Notes under the pieces: model-generated
What the model was told of the DNA's origin: nothing
The model's input: the letters and a program-made list of their open reading frames with translations, nothing else
Database searches by the model: none
Assembly: GCA_963799975.1 (NCBI GenBank)
Contig: CAWCZF010000004.1
Location: 312,744 to 376,743 of the forward strand
Source: an uncultured Actinomycetota bacterium
Lineage (GTDB): Bacteria > Actinomycetota > Actinomycetes > Streptosporangiales > Streptosporangiaceae
DNA length: 64,000 nucleotides
Reading direction: 5' to 3'
Shown here: positions 52,397 to 62,725 of the stretch, piece after piece
Layout of the letters: every line of letters begins with the position of its first letter
How positions within the stretch are numbered: position 1 is the stretch's first letter
Position numbers and translations under genes: made by a program

Positions 52397-53257
52397 ATGA
52401 GTGAGGCAGAGCAGATCGCCGGGGAGCACGTTGAGAAGGACGCTAAGGGACCGTCACAGGCGTCCCAGCTCGTCAAGGTCGCCCGGGACCGGTTCGAGCT
52501 GTTCATGTCCGATGACGGCCGCCCGTACGCGGTGCGTAAGGAGGGCCCGAACCTGGCATTGCCCCTGAGGGGTAAGGCTGGCCTGCGCTCGACGTTGGCG
52601 AAGATCTACACGGACGAACAGGGCGGTGCGGTCCCGTCTCAATTGGCGCTGGGCGACGCCATGACCGTGCTGGAGGGTGTCGCGCAGGCCGCCGGGCTGC
52701 GGACGGCTCACCTTCGGGTCGCTTGGCACGATGGGGGAATCGTGGTGGACCTCGGCACGATCGACGGCCGATGCGTTGTGATCCGTCCGGATGGGTGGTC
52801 CCGGGAATCACGTTCCCCCGTGTTGTTCCGCCGGTCCGGCGCCATGAAGGCGCTTCCCGATCCGGTATGCGATGGTAACGGTCTGGCCAAGCTCTACGGC
52901 CTGTTGAACATGGAGCAGGACGCTGCCCGGAAGCTGGTCGGCTGGCTGGTGGCGGCGTTCATCCCGGACCTGCCGCACCCGATCCTGACGTTCCGTGGTG
53001 GGCAGGGAACTGGCAAGTCAAAGACGGCCCAGATGGTGATTGGGATCGTCGACCCACCCGCCCGGTGCCCCGAAGCGGACGGCGCCCCGGGACGTGAAGT
53101 CCTGGGCGACGCAGGCGTTCAACTCCTGGGCCTGTGTTTGGACAACATCAGCTACGTGCCCGACTGGCTGAGTGATGCCACGACTCGCCCCGCAGAGAAC
53201 CCGCTCGCCGTGCTCCGGAAGCTGGAGGTCAACGGCCGGCCGCTGCTGACGAACTAG
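52397..53257 (+). CDS. P-loop protein of phage/plasmid primase-helicase-associated type (probably C-terminally truncated)
   Basis: 286-aa ORF with Walker A LTFRGGQGTGKSKTAQMV. The tail looks unrelated (possible frame break near 53050). It lies within the decayed element. Confidence 0.4.
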   Translation: MSEAEQIAGEHVEKDAKGPSQASQLVKVARDRFELFMSDDGRPYAVRKEGPNLALPLRGKAGLRSTLAKIYTDEQGGAVPSQLALGDAMTVLEGVAQAAGLRTAHLRVAWHDGGIVVDLGTIDGRCVVIRPDGWSRESRSPVLFRRSGAMKALPDPVCDGNGLAKLYGLLNMEQDAARKLVGWLVAAFIPDLPHPILTFRGGQGTGKSKTAQMVIGIVDPPARCPEADGAPGREVLGDAGVQLLGLCLDNISYVPDWLSDATTRPAENPLAVLRKLEVNGRPLLTN

Positions 53258-53593
53258 GCAAGCAGGCCCGCCGGGCGCGGCCCCGGCTCGACACGCTCAC
53301 CGGACGGGCACGCGTCCCGCGCTCGCCTCGGCAGGCTTCCATAACGGCTGACCACACGCCACCAGGAGGTCATTACCATGGCCCGGCGAGGCTGGGGAAG
53401 ACGCTCTGCTCGCCTGGAGAAACTCCCTTCGCACGAGCCCGATGGGTGCTCTTACGCCCGGTTCCCGGCTTGGGTGGCGAAGGTGTGGCACTGGGGGCTT
53501 CTCCGGCGGGGACTTGTTGACGGTGGCGTGAGTGGTGGCGTGGTCAGGGCCGGGAAACGGCTGATCCCCCCGTGGCGCGTGCCCGCACCTCGG

Positions 53594-54244
53594 TCAGAGT
53601 GCGCTAATGGTCGTCCCGATTTTGGCGAACGGCAAGGCCGCGCCCTTCTTGGCGGTCATCGTGATGAAGCAGGTCTTCCCGGTGCTGCCGGCGACCTGAT
53701 ACTGCACGCCGATCGTTTCCGTGGCGCCGACCATGCGCAGGTACGTCGTCTTTTGCCCAGACTGACCGTTGACGGTGACGTCCTCCGTCTTGATGTTCTG
53801 CGCGCCGATCTGCTTCAGCTGCGCCTTCAGTTGCGCGGCGGAGGGGGGAGTCCCAGCCTGGCACCAGCCGTTCAGGTTTGAGGCGAAGTGCTCGGTCTGG
53901 GCAGACTTCGGGTCGAGCGCGTAGGCGGCGTGGTTCTGCTTCAACGCCGCGATCGTCTGCTCGGCGAGCGCGGGGCTGACGCCGGCCTCCTTGAAGGCCG
54001 CGCGCGCGTGGGCCGAGGAGAGATCCACGGTCACCCAGCTTCTCGGAACACCAGCAGTGAAGCCGTTCTTCGGGCCGCCGATTTTGCGGAAGTTCGCCGG
54101 CAGTTTCTGGACGGCCCGGGAGGTGCTCTTACCGGAGGATGCGGCCGACTGAGAACCTGACGCTTTGTCGCCGGAGCCGCCAGAGCATGCCGCCAGTGGG
54201 ATGCTGAAACAAAGCAGACCGACCGGAAGCATACGAACCCTCAT
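53594..54244 (-). CDS. lipoprotein, unknown function
   Basis: MRVRMLPVGLLCFSIPLAACSGG lipobox followed by a Ser/Gly linker. 216 aa. Confidence 0.6.
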   Translation of the reverse strand: MRVRMLPVGLLCFSIPLAACSGGSGDKASGSQSAASSGKSTSRAVQKLPANFRKIGGPKNGFTAGVPRSWVTVDLSSAHARAAFKEAGVSPALAEQTIAALKQNHAAYALDPKSAQTEHFASNLNGWCQAGTPPSAAQLKAQLKQIGAQNIKTEDVTVNGQSGQKTTYLRMVGATETIGVQYQVAGSTGKTCFITMTAKKGAALPFAKIGTTISAL

Positions 54245-54317
54245 CTGTTCACCTCGTAAAATCGTGCTGCTTGTGACGTTGGTTGCGGCTGAGCTTGGAA
54301 AACCTACCAAAACGGGG

Positions 54318-54900
54318 TCAGTTGGGCGACAGCAGTACATGCGCCGGAGCCGAGCGCTGAACCAAGACAGGCCAACCGGTCCGGCCGGAACGGCCGGATG
54401 CCTGGGAGCACCACTCCGGCCGTGCGGGGTTATGGTGAGCGTGTCCCGTGATCCGGTCAGGGTACGAACAAAGATCATCTACTCTGGTAGCCGCCGCATA
54501 GCAACCCTCGGCGCGCATGTGTTCGGCCATCGAGTAGCCGAGCAGTCTCCTGGTCCCAATGTCGATCACGGTCGCCAAGTACATCCATCGTCTTGAGGCG
54601 AGGGGCAGATAGGTCACATCCCCGCACCGGCGGGCATCGGCGAGACCCGTGCTGAAGGTCCGCTTCAGCAGGTCCGGCACTGGTGAAGCCGACGGATCGG
54701 GGATCGTGGTGCGGCACCGGCGGCGCAGGTGCCGGCCGACCGCGAGATACCCACGATCTGAGACAGCCGCTTCACGCCGAACGCGCGGTGGTGGGACTCG
54801 ACGAAGGAAAGCGGCTCAATCCAGCGTCTCCCGAGCGAAACAGGCGGCTGCCTTGCGCAGGATCTCCCGCTCGAGCTTCAGCTCGGCGACCTGTTTACCG
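54318..54900 (-). mobile_element. IS3-family transposase remnant (end of OrfA plus truncated N-terminal part of the OrfB rve domain)
   Basis: ...QVAELKLEREILRKAAACFARE (OrfA C-terminus) and ...DLLKRTFSTGLADARRCGDVTYLPLASRRWMYLATVIDIGTRRLLGYSMAEHM (start of the DDE core). Homology stops near 54490 and no inverted repeats were seen. Confidence 0.65.
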
Positions 54901-55027
54901 CAGCCGGGCCAGCTCGGCGTCTTCCTTGGATGTGTCTGGGCTGGTGGATGTCGATCCGATGGTCGCCTGTTCGTGTAGGTGGTGAGGGGCTGGCGATACG
55001 GCCCACAGAGCGGAAGGACACGGAACC

Positions 55028-55795
55028 ATGATTGAGTACCTGCCTCCACCCCGCACGCTGTTGACCGGCCTGGCCATGGTCGAATCCGCCCGCTGGCATG
55101 ACGGTCGGCTGTGGTTCGCCCACTGGGGTGCGGGCGAGGTCGTCGCCGTCGACATGGACGGCAAAGCTGAGGTGATGGCCGAGGGCCCTCCCAGGATGGG
55201 CTGGGCGATCGACTGGCTTCCCGACGGGCGCCTGGTGACGACCGGCCCAGCCGTGACTCGTCAGGAGCCGGACGGTGCGCTGGTACGGCACTGCGATCGG
55301 GGCGGCAACGAGATCGTGATCGATCCGCGCGGCCGCATGTACGTCAATGGCTTCGACTTCGACTTCATCGGTGGCGGCACGCCGGAGCCGGGCTGGATCA
55401 ACCTCGTCGCGTCCGACGGGACCTACCGTCAGGTGGCCGGCGACATCGAGTTCCCCAACGGCATGGTGGTGACGCCGGACGGCTCCACCCTGGTCGTTGC
55501 CGAGTCCTTCGCCGGTCGGCTCAGCGCGTTCGACATCCAGGACGACGGTGCACTCACCGACCGCAGAGTGTGGGCCGAGGGGCAGGGTCCGGACGGCATC
55601 TGCATAGACGCCGAAGCGGCGATCTGGACGCAGACCGCCGACACGACTGCACACACAGATGATCCGAACGCTCCGGCCGGCGCGTGTGTCCGGGTACTCG
55701 ACGGGGGCACGATCACCTACCGTGTCGAGACCGAGCTGCCATGCTTCGCTGCCACCCTCGGCGGTCCCGACGGCCGCCACCTGTTCCTCTCTTGA
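55028..55795 (+). CDS. SMP-30/gluconolactonase/LRE-like beta-propeller protein
   Basis: ...ESARWHDGRLWF......GEVVAVD.DG......GWAIDWLPDGRL....GNEIVID.RGR.YV...FPNGMVVTPDGSTLVVAES...RLSAFDI..DG.L..RRVWA...PDGICIDAE.AIW. Confidence 0.7.
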   Translation: MIEYLPPPRTLLTGLAMVESARWHDGRLWFAHWGAGEVVAVDMDGKAEVMAEGPPRMGWAIDWLPDGRLVTTGPAVTRQEPDGALVRHCDRGGNEIVIDPRGRMYVNGFDFDFIGGGTPEPGWINLVASDGTYRQVAGDIEFPNGMVVTPDGSTLVVAESFAGRLSAFDIQDDGALTDRRVWAEGQGPDGICIDAEAAIWTQTADTTAHTDDPNAPAGACVRVLDGGTITYRVETELPCFAATLGGPDGRHLFLS

Positions 55796-56024
55796 CGCAG
55801 ACGCACGTGTGCAAACTCGGTTGATGGGCGACGTTTCGTTGTCGGGTGATCCAGCTCGTGCGCAACCGCAGGGGCCTCTCAGTACCGGCTCGCCATCACG
55901 GTGTGAACGACCGCAGGGCCGGATCGGTTCGGCGTCGGCAAGGGGTCCCCAATCGTCGGCGGAAGGACCTTCTCGCTGTGGGCGGCCGGTAGCGTCATGA
56001 GTCGTTCGAGAACTTGCGCCGCCT

Positions 56025-56501
56025 TTGGCAGCTGCGGTGTCCGAACGGTTCATGGCGCTTTCCCGGAGGTGTGTGGTGAACAGTAAGCGGCAGGGACAAT
56101 TGCAGCAGGTGGTGGCTCCGTTGCTGGCTGCCGGTGAGCAGGTGCAGGTCATGGCCGCCGCCGGGGTGGGCACGGTTACGGTGAAGCGGCAGCTCGCCAC
56201 GGCGGTCGCGGTCGGTGTCGCGACGGGTGGGCTGATGACGGCCATGCCGGTGCCGCGGCAGATGTACATCGCCGTCACCGACCGCCGCATCCTGTTCTTC
56301 GACGGCGCGGGTAAGCCGGGCAAGCAGATGATGGATCTGTCGCGCCAGTACGTACGCGTCTCGCCGCCGCAGAAGGCCACGCTCGGGCTGGCGATGCGGA
56401 TCCGGCTCGAGGTCGAGGGCTCGGACACGGGCGTCCAGGTCACGTTCCCGCACGTGGCGAAGGCCGATGGTCGGGCATTCGCCGCTGCTCTCGGCGGCTA
56501 G
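56025..56501 (+). CDS. hypothetical protein (PH/YokE-like?)
   Basis: 158-aa ORF with normal composition. The start is uncertain and no family was recognised. Confidence 0.35.
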   Translation: MAAAVSERFMALSRRCVVNSKRQGQLQQVVAPLLAAGEQVQVMAAAGVGTVTVKRQLATAVAVGVATGGLMTAMPVPRQMYIAVTDRRILFFDGAGKPGKQMMDLSRQYVRVSPPQKATLGLAMRIRLEVEGSDTGVQVTFPHVAKADGRAFAAALGG

Positions 56502-56839
56502 CGGCCGGCTCGCCGCAAGCCGGTCTTACGCCCCTTGGCCGCGGTAAGTGTTCCGGGGTCGTCCGGGTCGTAGTGGATGGTCACCGGGGAAAGATCGTCG
56601 GTCGTTCCGGGCAGTTCCCCGAAGTAGACCCGGCCGGCTACAGCCCATTCTCCGTAGCAGGTTGTGCTCCTGCCGAAGCGGCCATCAGAAACGTCGCAGT
56701 GCAGCACGTCAGCGGCGCCTTGCCCGGTCGCTCCGAGGTTCGCGGTCTCGATCTGCACCACGAACCCGACTGCGGCCACCGTGAGGAGGCCCGCCAGACC
56801 TCCGACGATCATCGGCACCGCCACCTTGAGCAGAGGCAC
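56498..56839 (-). CDS. hypothetical membrane-anchored protein
   Basis: 113-aa ORF with an N-terminal TM helix (VAVPMIVGGLAGLLTVAAVGFVV). Confidence 0.4.
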   Translation of the reverse strand: MPLLKVAVPMIVGGLAGLLTVAAVGFVVQIETANLGATGQGAADVLHCDVSDGRFGRSTTCYGEWAVAGRVYFGELPGTTDDLSPVTIHYDPDDPGTLTAAKGRKTGLRRAGR

Positions 56840-56944
56840 GGACCACCGCCGTGTCCCGCATCCTGTTCAGAAGAACAGCAGCTCAGAACACTCCACATCC
56901 TCACGCACGCGACACAGGTTAACGTTCAGTGGAGGAGGTGAAGT

Positions 56945-57688
56945 ATGGCGATATCTGACGGTGTCGCGGTGGTCACCGGTGCCGGTTCGGGACTCGGCCG
57001 GCACATCGCGCGTGCCCTCCTTGACGCCGGCTATCGCGTGGCGCTCGCCGGTCGGCGGGCCGACGCGCTGAGAGAGACGGCCGACGGGCCGGAGACGCTG
57101 GCGGTGCCCACCGACGTCGGCGACCCGCAGGCGGTGAAGCGGCTGTTCGACGAGGTGAAGGGCACGTGGGGCCGCCTGGACCTCCTCGTCAACAACGCCG
57201 GTACCTTCGCGCCGGCCGGCGCCGTGGACGAGATCGACCACGAAGGCTGGCAGCGCGCTCTCGACACCAATCTGACCGGTGCCTTCCTCTGCGCCCAGCA
57301 CGCCGTACGGATGATGAAGGAGCAGCGCCCCCAGGGCGGAAGGATCATCAACAACGGCTCCATCTCCGCGCAGACCCCGCGCCCCCGCAGCGTCGCCTAC
57401 ACCGCGACCAAGCACGCCATCACCGGCCTGACCAAGTCCATCTCCCTCGACGGCCGAGGCCACGGCATCGCCTGCGGGCAGATCGACATCGGCAACGCCG
57501 CCACCGAGATGACCGCCGGCATCGCCGCGGGTGCTCTCCAGCCGGACGGCCGCCGCCTCGAGGAGCCCACCTTCGACGCCGGCCACGTCGCACGCGCCGT
57601 CCTCTACATGGCGGGTCTCCCCCTGGACGCCAACGTCCAGTTCATGACCATCACCGCGACCACGATGCCCTTCATCGGCCGCGGCTGA
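56945..57688 (+). CDS. SDR-family oxidoreductase
   Basis: [27 protein letters not shown]. Confidence 0.9.
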   Translation: MAISDGVAVVTGAGSGLGRHIARALLDAGYRVALAGRRADALRETADGPETLAVPTDVGDPQAVKRLFDEVKGTWGRLDLLVNNAGTFAPAGAVDEIDHEGWQRALDTNLTGAFLCAQHAVRMMKEQRPQGGRIINNGSISAQTPRPRSVAYTATKHAITGLTKSISLDGRGHGIACGQIDIGNAATEMTAGIAAGALQPDGRRLEEPTFDAGHVARAVLYMAGLPLDANVQFMTITATTMPFIGRG

Positions 57689-58490
57689 CACGGCGGGCCG
57701 CGTCCAGCGCCTGCGCGCGGTAGCCCCCGCCGAACAGAACCAGGTGTACGAGCAGCGGGTGGAGCTGGTGCAGCGGCACCCGGTCCCGCCAGCCGTCCGC
57801 CAGCGGAAACGCCTCGTCGTACGCGGCCAGGATCCGGGGCAGCTCCGGTGCGCCGAACAGCGCCAGCATGGCCAGGTCGGTCTCCCGGTGCCCGCCGTAC
57901 GCGGCCGGGTCGACCAGCCAGGCGCGGTCGGTCCCCCACAGGACGTTGCCCGACCACAGGTCGCCGTGGACGCGGGCCGGCGGCTCCCCCGGGTCGGCGA
58001 TCCGCGTCATGGCCAGCTCGATCTCGGCGGCCTCAGGCAGCGACAGTTCCCCCTGGTCGACGGCCATCCGGACGTACGGCAGCACGCGGCAACGCGCGTA
58101 CCACTCGGGCCAGGACGAGCCGGAGGAGTTGTCGAGCGGCAGGGTCGCGATGAAACCGGGCCACGGGGCCCCGAAGGAATCGGCGCCACGGGTGTGGAGA
58201 GCCGCCAGTGACCGGCCGAGCTCCTCGGCCGCCGGAGCGGACGGCCGCCCCTCGGCGATCCACGGGAGTACGAGCGCGGCGTCGTCGGCCGCGAGAACCT
58301 CGGGCGCCACGGACGGCCCCAGCCAGCACAGCCCGGCCGCCTCGGCCGCGAAGAGGCCCGGGAGCGGACGCCGAGCCTCCTTCACGAACACCGTGCGCCC
58401 GTCCTCCAGGTCCGCCCGCAGCAGCCGCCACTCGTGGCTGGTTCCGAGGTCGGCGAGCCGTACGACGGGGACGCCGAGCAGGGACCTCAT
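57672..58490 (-). CDS. fructosamine/ketosamine kinase-family protein
   Basis: [16 protein letters not shown]......VFVKEA....GLFAAEA.GL.WL...LH........FG..W.GFI..L...N..S.SWPEWY....[12 protein letters not shown]......[21 protein letters not shown]. The ATG overlaps the stop of the PTP gene (ATGA). Confidence 0.8.
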   Translation of the reverse strand: MRSLLGVPVVRLADLGTSHEWRLLRADLEDGRTVFVKEARRPLPGLFAAEAAGLCWLGPSVAPEVLAADDAALVLPWIAEGRPSAPAAEELGRSLAALHTRGADSFGAPWPGFIATLPLDNSSGSSWPEWYARCRVLPYVRMAVDQGELSLPEAAEIELAMTRIADPGEPPARVHGDLWSGNVLWGTDRAWLVDPAAYGGHRETDLAMLALFGAPELPRILAAYDEAFPLADGWRDRVPLHQLHPLLVHLVLFGGGYRAQALDAARRVSRGR

Positions 58491-58963
58491 CGCGCTTTGA
58501 GCTCGCCGCGGATGTGTTCGATCAGTCCGGGCACGGCCGCCTCGATCTGCTCGCGTACGTCCTCGAAGCCGGCGTCCTGACCGTAGTAGGGATCGGCCAC
58601 GTCGAGCTCGGACGCGTCCGGGTCGAACTCCCGCAGCAGCCGGACCTTGCCGCGCGCCGACTCGTCGAGGGCCATCCGCAGCAGGTCGGTACGGTGCCCA
58701 CGGTCCAGCGCGACGATCAGGTCGTACCGGTCGAACCAGGCGACCTCGAACTGCCGGGCCCGGTGCTCGTGCTGGTAGCCGGCCCGGCGCAGCGTCGCCA
58801 CCGTACGAGCGTCGGCGGCGTCGCCGACGTGCCACCCGCCCGTACCCGAGCTGTCCACCTCGACGGAGATCCCCGCCTCCTCGGCGCGGCGGCGGAGGAT
58901 GTGCTCGGCCATCGGCGAGCGGCAGATGTTGCCCGTGCAGACGAAGGTGACCCGGTACGGCAT
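58487..58963 (-). CDS. low-molecular-weight protein-tyrosine phosphatase
   Basis: MPYRVTFVCTGNICRSPMAE (CX5R-S P-loop) ... DVADPYYG. Confidence 0.9.
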   Translation of the reverse strand: MPYRVTFVCTGNICRSPMAEHILRRRAEEAGISVEVDSSGTGGWHVGDAADARTVATLRRAGYQHEHRARQFEVAWFDRYDLIVALDRGHRTDLLRMALDESARGKVRLLREFDPDASELDVADPYYGQDAGFEDVREQIEAAVPGLIEHIRGELKAR

Positions 58964-59107
58964 GCGAGCGATTCTAGGCTCTGCCTCTCGATCGGCTATG
59001 GCGTGGGCTGGGCGTTCGGACCGTTGAGGACGTCGAGCTGAGCCGTGAGGCGGCCGAGGGCGAACTCCAGCCCGTCGTTCGAGCCATAGCCGTGCGATGG
59101 GACCGCG

Positions 59108-60508
59108 TCACAATGCGCGGAGAATGTCCTCCACGCGTTCCTTGGCGTCGCCGAACAGCATCTGGCTGTTCTCGCGGAAGAACAGCGGGTTCTGCACGCC
59201 GGCGTATCCCGGGGCCATCGACCGCTTGAAGATGATCACGTCCGACGCCTCCCAGACGTGCAGGACCGGCATGCCCTCGATCGGGCTGCCGGGCTCGGAC
59301 GAGCTGGGGTTCACCGTGTCGTTCGCCCCGATCACCAGGACTACGGAGGTGTCGGCGAAGTCGTCGTTGATCTCGTCCATCTCCAGGACGATGTCGTAGG
59401 GCACCTCGGCCTCGGCGAGCAGCACGTTCATGTGGCCGGGCAGCCGCCCGGCCACCGGGTGGATGCCGAAGCGCACGTCGATGCCGCGGTCGCGCAGGCG
59501 GCGGGTGAGGTCCGCGACCGGATACTGCGCCTGCGCGACGGCCATGCCGTACCCAGGGGTGATCACGACGGACTTCGCGTCCTTGAGCAGTTCGGCGGTC
59601 TCCTCGGCGGTGATCGTACGGTAGTCGCCGTACTCGGTCGTGTCGGCGGTGGCCTCGATCCCGAAGCCGCCGGCGATCACCGAGATGAACGACCGGTTCA
59701 TGGCCTGGCACATGATGTAGGACAGGTACGCGCCGGAGGAGCCGACGAGCGCGCCGGTGACGATCAGCAGGTTGTTGTCCAGCAGGAAGCCCGACGCCGC
59801 GGCGGCCCAGCCGGAGTAGCTGTTGAGCATCGACACGACCACCGGCATGTCGCCGCCGCCGATCGAGGCGACCAGGTGCCAGCCGAGCGCCAATGCCACG
59901 GCGGTCATCGCGATCGGCAGGCCGAGCTGCGGCTGGGCGACGAACACGCCCGTGAGCACGGCGAACGCGGCCAGCGCGCCCACGTTGAGCGCGTTCTTGC
60001 CGGGCAGCATCAGCGGACGCGACTTGATCCGCGCGGACAGCTTGAGGAACGCCACGACCGACCCGGTGAACGTCACCGCGCCGATGAAGATCCCGATGAG
60101 GACCTCGGCGTGGTGTACCCGCAGCAGCGACCCGGCGATCTCGGTCTGGGCGTGGCCTTTCGCCTCGACCTCGAGGTAGCCGTCCCAGCCGACGAGGACC
60201 GCGGCGAGGCCGACGAAGCTGTGCAGGATCGCGATCAGCTCGGGCATGCTCGTCATCTCGACGACGCGTGCGCGCCACAGGCCGATCCCCGCGCCGATCA
60301 CCATGGCGAGGATCACGAGCCCGATCCCAGCGGCGGTGATGCTCCGTGAGGCCAGCCCGATCGTGGCGACCAGGGCGATCGCCATGCCGGCGATCCCGTA
60401 CACCACTCCGGAACGTGACGTCTCGTGCTTGGACAGGCCGGCCAGGCTGAGGATGAACAGCACGGCGGCGACGATGTAGGCCGCCTGCGCGGCCGTGGTG
60501 GCGGTCAC
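59108..60508 (-). CDS. pntB: NAD(P) transhydrogenase subunit beta
   Basis: Intact 466-aa ORF. N-terminal multi-TM domain plus C-terminal dIII (...[14 protein letters not shown]...[24 protein letters not shown]...GANDTVNP...). Confidence 0.93.
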   Translation of the reverse strand: MTATTAAQAAYIVAAVLFILSLAGLSKHETSRSGVVYGIAGMAIALVATIGLASRSITAAGIGLVILAMVIGAGIGLWRARVVEMTSMPELIAILHSFVGLAAVLVGWDGYLEVEAKGHAQTEIAGSLLRVHHAEVLIGIFIGAVTFTGSVVAFLKLSARIKSRPLMLPGKNALNVGALAAFAVLTGVFVAQPQLGLPIAMTAVALALGWHLVASIGGGDMPVVVSMLNSYSGWAAAASGFLLDNNLLIVTGALVGSSGAYLSYIMCQAMNRSFISVIAGGFGIEATADTTEYGDYRTITAEETAELLKDAKSVVITPGYGMAVAQAQYPVADLTRRLRDRGIDVRFGIHPVAGRLPGHMNVLLAEAEVPYDIVLEMDEINDDFADTSVVLVIGANDTVNPSSSEPGSPIEGMPVLHVWEASDVIIFKRSMAPGYAGVQNPLFFRENSQMLFGDAKERVEDILRAL

Positions 60509-60514
60509 TCCGGC

Positions 60515-62056
60515 TCAGCCTTTCGAGAACATGCGGAGCATGCGGCGGGTCACGGCGAATCCGCCGAAGATGTTGATGCTCGCCAGCAGGATCGCGGCGG
60601 ACGCCAGGACGGTCACCATGGTGTTCCCGTGCCCGATCTGGAGGAGGGCACCCACGACGACGATGCCGGAGATCGCGTTGGTCACCGACATTAGCGGCGT
60701 GTGCAGCGCGTGGTGGACGTTCCCGATGACGTAGTAGCCGATCACGATCGCCAAGATGAAGACGGTGAAGTTGCCCATGAGCTGGCTCGGCGCGAACGCG
60801 GTCACCAGGAACAGCGCGAGCGCGCCCAGCCCGACGACCACGTACGAGCGTCGTGGTGACGGTGGCCGTTTCGGCGCGGCCACGCGTGGTGGTGGCGTCT
60901 CCTTCGGCGGCTCCGACACGCGTACGGGCGGTGGCGGCCAGGTCTTCACGCCGTTGCGCACGACGGTGACCGAACGCTGCACGACGTCGTCGAAGTCCAG
61001 GACGAGCTGCCCGTTCTTGGTGGGTGTCAGCAACTTCAGCAGGTTCACCAGGTTGGTGCCGTACAGCTGGGAGGCCTGGGCGGGCAGCCGGCCGGCCAGG
61101 TCGGTGTAGCCGATGATCGTGACGCCGTTGTCCGTCACGATCTTCTCGCCCGGTACGGTGCCCTCGACGTTGCCGCCCTGGGCGGCGGCCATGTCGACGA
61201 TGACGCTGCCCGGCTTCATCGCGGCGACGTGCTCGGCGGTGATCAGCCGCGGCGCGGGACGGCCCGGGATGAGCGCGGTGGTGATGATGATGTCGACCTC
61301 GGCGGCCTGCTCGGCGTACAGCTCCGCGGCGCGTCGGTCGTAGTCCTCCGACGTCGCCTTCGCGTAGCCGTCCGCGCCGGACTCGACCGCGACCTCGACG
61401 GCGAGGAACTCCCCGCCCAGCGATCTGACCTGCTCGGCGACCTCGGGCCGCGGGTCGGTGGACCGGACGATCGCGCCGAGACTGTTGGCCGCGCCGATCG
61501 CCGCCAGCCCGGCCACGCCGGCGCCGGCGACGAGCACCTTGGCGGGCGGCACCTTGCCGGCGGCGGTCACCTGGCCGGTGAGGAACCGGCCGAAGACGTG
61601 CACCGCCTCGATCACGGCGCGGTATCCGGCGATGTTGGCCATCGAGCTGAGTACGTCGAGCGACTGGGCGCGGGAGATGCGCGGCACCGCGTCCATCGCG
61701 AGCACGGTGATCGGGCGTTCGGCCAGCGCGTCCACCAGTTCCGGGTTCAGCCCCGGGCTGACCAGGCCGATCAGGGTCGCGCCGTCGCGCAGCGCGGCGA
61801 TCTCCTGGGCCGTCGGCGGGTTCACCTTGAGTACGACGTCGGCCTGCCAGGCGTCCTGGTCGGCGACGACCTGCGCGCCCGCGCCGGCGTATGCCTCGTC
61901 GGTGCAGCCCGACGCGACTCCCGCGCCCGCCGCGACGACGACCTCGTAGCCGAGCTCGATCAGCTGGCGGACAGTCGCTGGCGTCCCGGCGACGCGAGTC
62001 TCTCCCGGCGTCGACTCCATGACCAGGCCGACCCGCTTCGCGGCTGACTCAGGCAT
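60515..62056 (-). CDS. pntA: Re/Si-specific NAD(P)+ transhydrogenase subunit alpha (dI plus membrane dII-alpha fused)
   Basis: Intact 513-aa ORF. ...E.RVA.TP..V..L...G.EV.V..GAG..., [11 protein letters not shown] Rossmann motif, and C-terminal TM helices. Confidence 0.93.
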   Translation of the reverse strand: MPESAAKRVGLVMESTPGETRVAGTPATVRQLIELGYEVVVAAGAGVASGCTDEAYAGAGAQVVADQDAWQADVVLKVNPPTAQEIAALRDGATLIGLVSPGLNPELVDALAERPITVLAMDAVPRISRAQSLDVLSSMANIAGYRAVIEAVHVFGRFLTGQVTAAGKVPPAKVLVAGAGVAGLAAIGAANSLGAIVRSTDPRPEVAEQVRSLGGEFLAVEVAVESGADGYAKATSEDYDRRAAELYAEQAAEVDIIITTALIPGRPAPRLITAEHVAAMKPGSVIVDMAAAQGGNVEGTVPGEKIVTDNGVTIIGYTDLAGRLPAQASQLYGTNLVNLLKLLTPTKNGQLVLDFDDVVQRSVTVVRNGVKTWPPPPVRVSEPPKETPPPRVAAPKRPPSPRRSYVVVGLGALALFLVTAFAPSQLMGNFTVFILAIVIGYYVIGNVHHALHTPLMSVTNAISGIVVVGALLQIGHGNTMVTVLASAAILLASINIFGGFAVTRRMLRMFSKG

Positions 62057-62149
62057 CGCCGTTGACCCCTTTCGTCGCGCACTATGTGTGCGGATGAGGC
62101 GTTACTACCGCCCTCAGCGACGATAACCCCTTCGACCGAGTCCTCCGGT

Positions 62150-62560
62150 TCACCGGGCGCCCGGCCAGGCGATCATGGCCTGCGCGGCGACTCTCTCCAG
62201 CCCCTCCCGGCTCACTCCGTCACGTGCCTGCGCGGACATGCCCTGGATCACCGAGGAGGAGAAGGTGGCGACCGTGTCGGGGTCGGCCAGGCCGTCGGCG
62301 GCGATCCGGTCGCGGATGGCCCTCTTGCCGGCCTCCCGCATCGCCCGCAGCTCGGCCTCGACGTCCGGCGACCCGCAGTTGACCGCGGCCGCGATGATGA
62401 GGCAGCCCCAGGGGTGGGCCGGATCGGTGTATTCGGCCGCCGCCTCGCGCAGGATCCGCTCGATCGCGGCGCGTGCGGTGGGTTCCTCCGCGAGGGCCGC
62501 ACCGGGCGGCACGGTCGCCGCGGCCTCACGTGCCGCCCTGGGCCGCGTCGGGCAGGTACG
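62150..62560 (-). pseudogene. TetR-family regulator remnant: ligand-binding C-terminal domain only, HTH missing
   Basis: ...ARAAIERILREAAAEYTDPAHPWGCLIIAAAVNCGSPD.EAELRAMREAGKRAIRDRI...FSSSVIQGMSAQARDG.SRE.LERVA. The upstream in-frame sequence is not a TetR HTH. Confidence 0.5.
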
Positions 62561-62654
62561 AGACGTCGCCGACGTGGTCGCCTTCGTCGCCTCCCCCGAC
62601 GCGCGCTGGATCACCGGCGACCGGATCGACGTCACCGGAGGCTCCGACCTCTGA
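62553..62654 (+). pseudogene. last ~30 codons of an SDR oxidoreductase, abutting/overlapping the TetR remnant on the opposite strand
   Basis: VRDVADVVAFVASPDARWITGDRIDVTGGSDL* is the canonical SDR C-terminus. No Rossmann part lies upstream. Confidence 0.5.
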
Positions 62655-62677
62655 GCTCGGCCTCACGCGACGGCAGA

Positions 62678-62705
62678 GGGCGCCCCGGCCGAAACCGGGA
62701 CGCCC
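62678..62705. terminator. imperfect GC hairpin (11-bp arms, one mismatch, 6-nt loop) between convergent genes
   Basis: GGGCGCCCCGG-CCGAAA-CCGGGACGCCC, read directly. Confidence 0.3.
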
Positions 62706-62725
62706 CCCTTCGTGGAGATTCGAAT

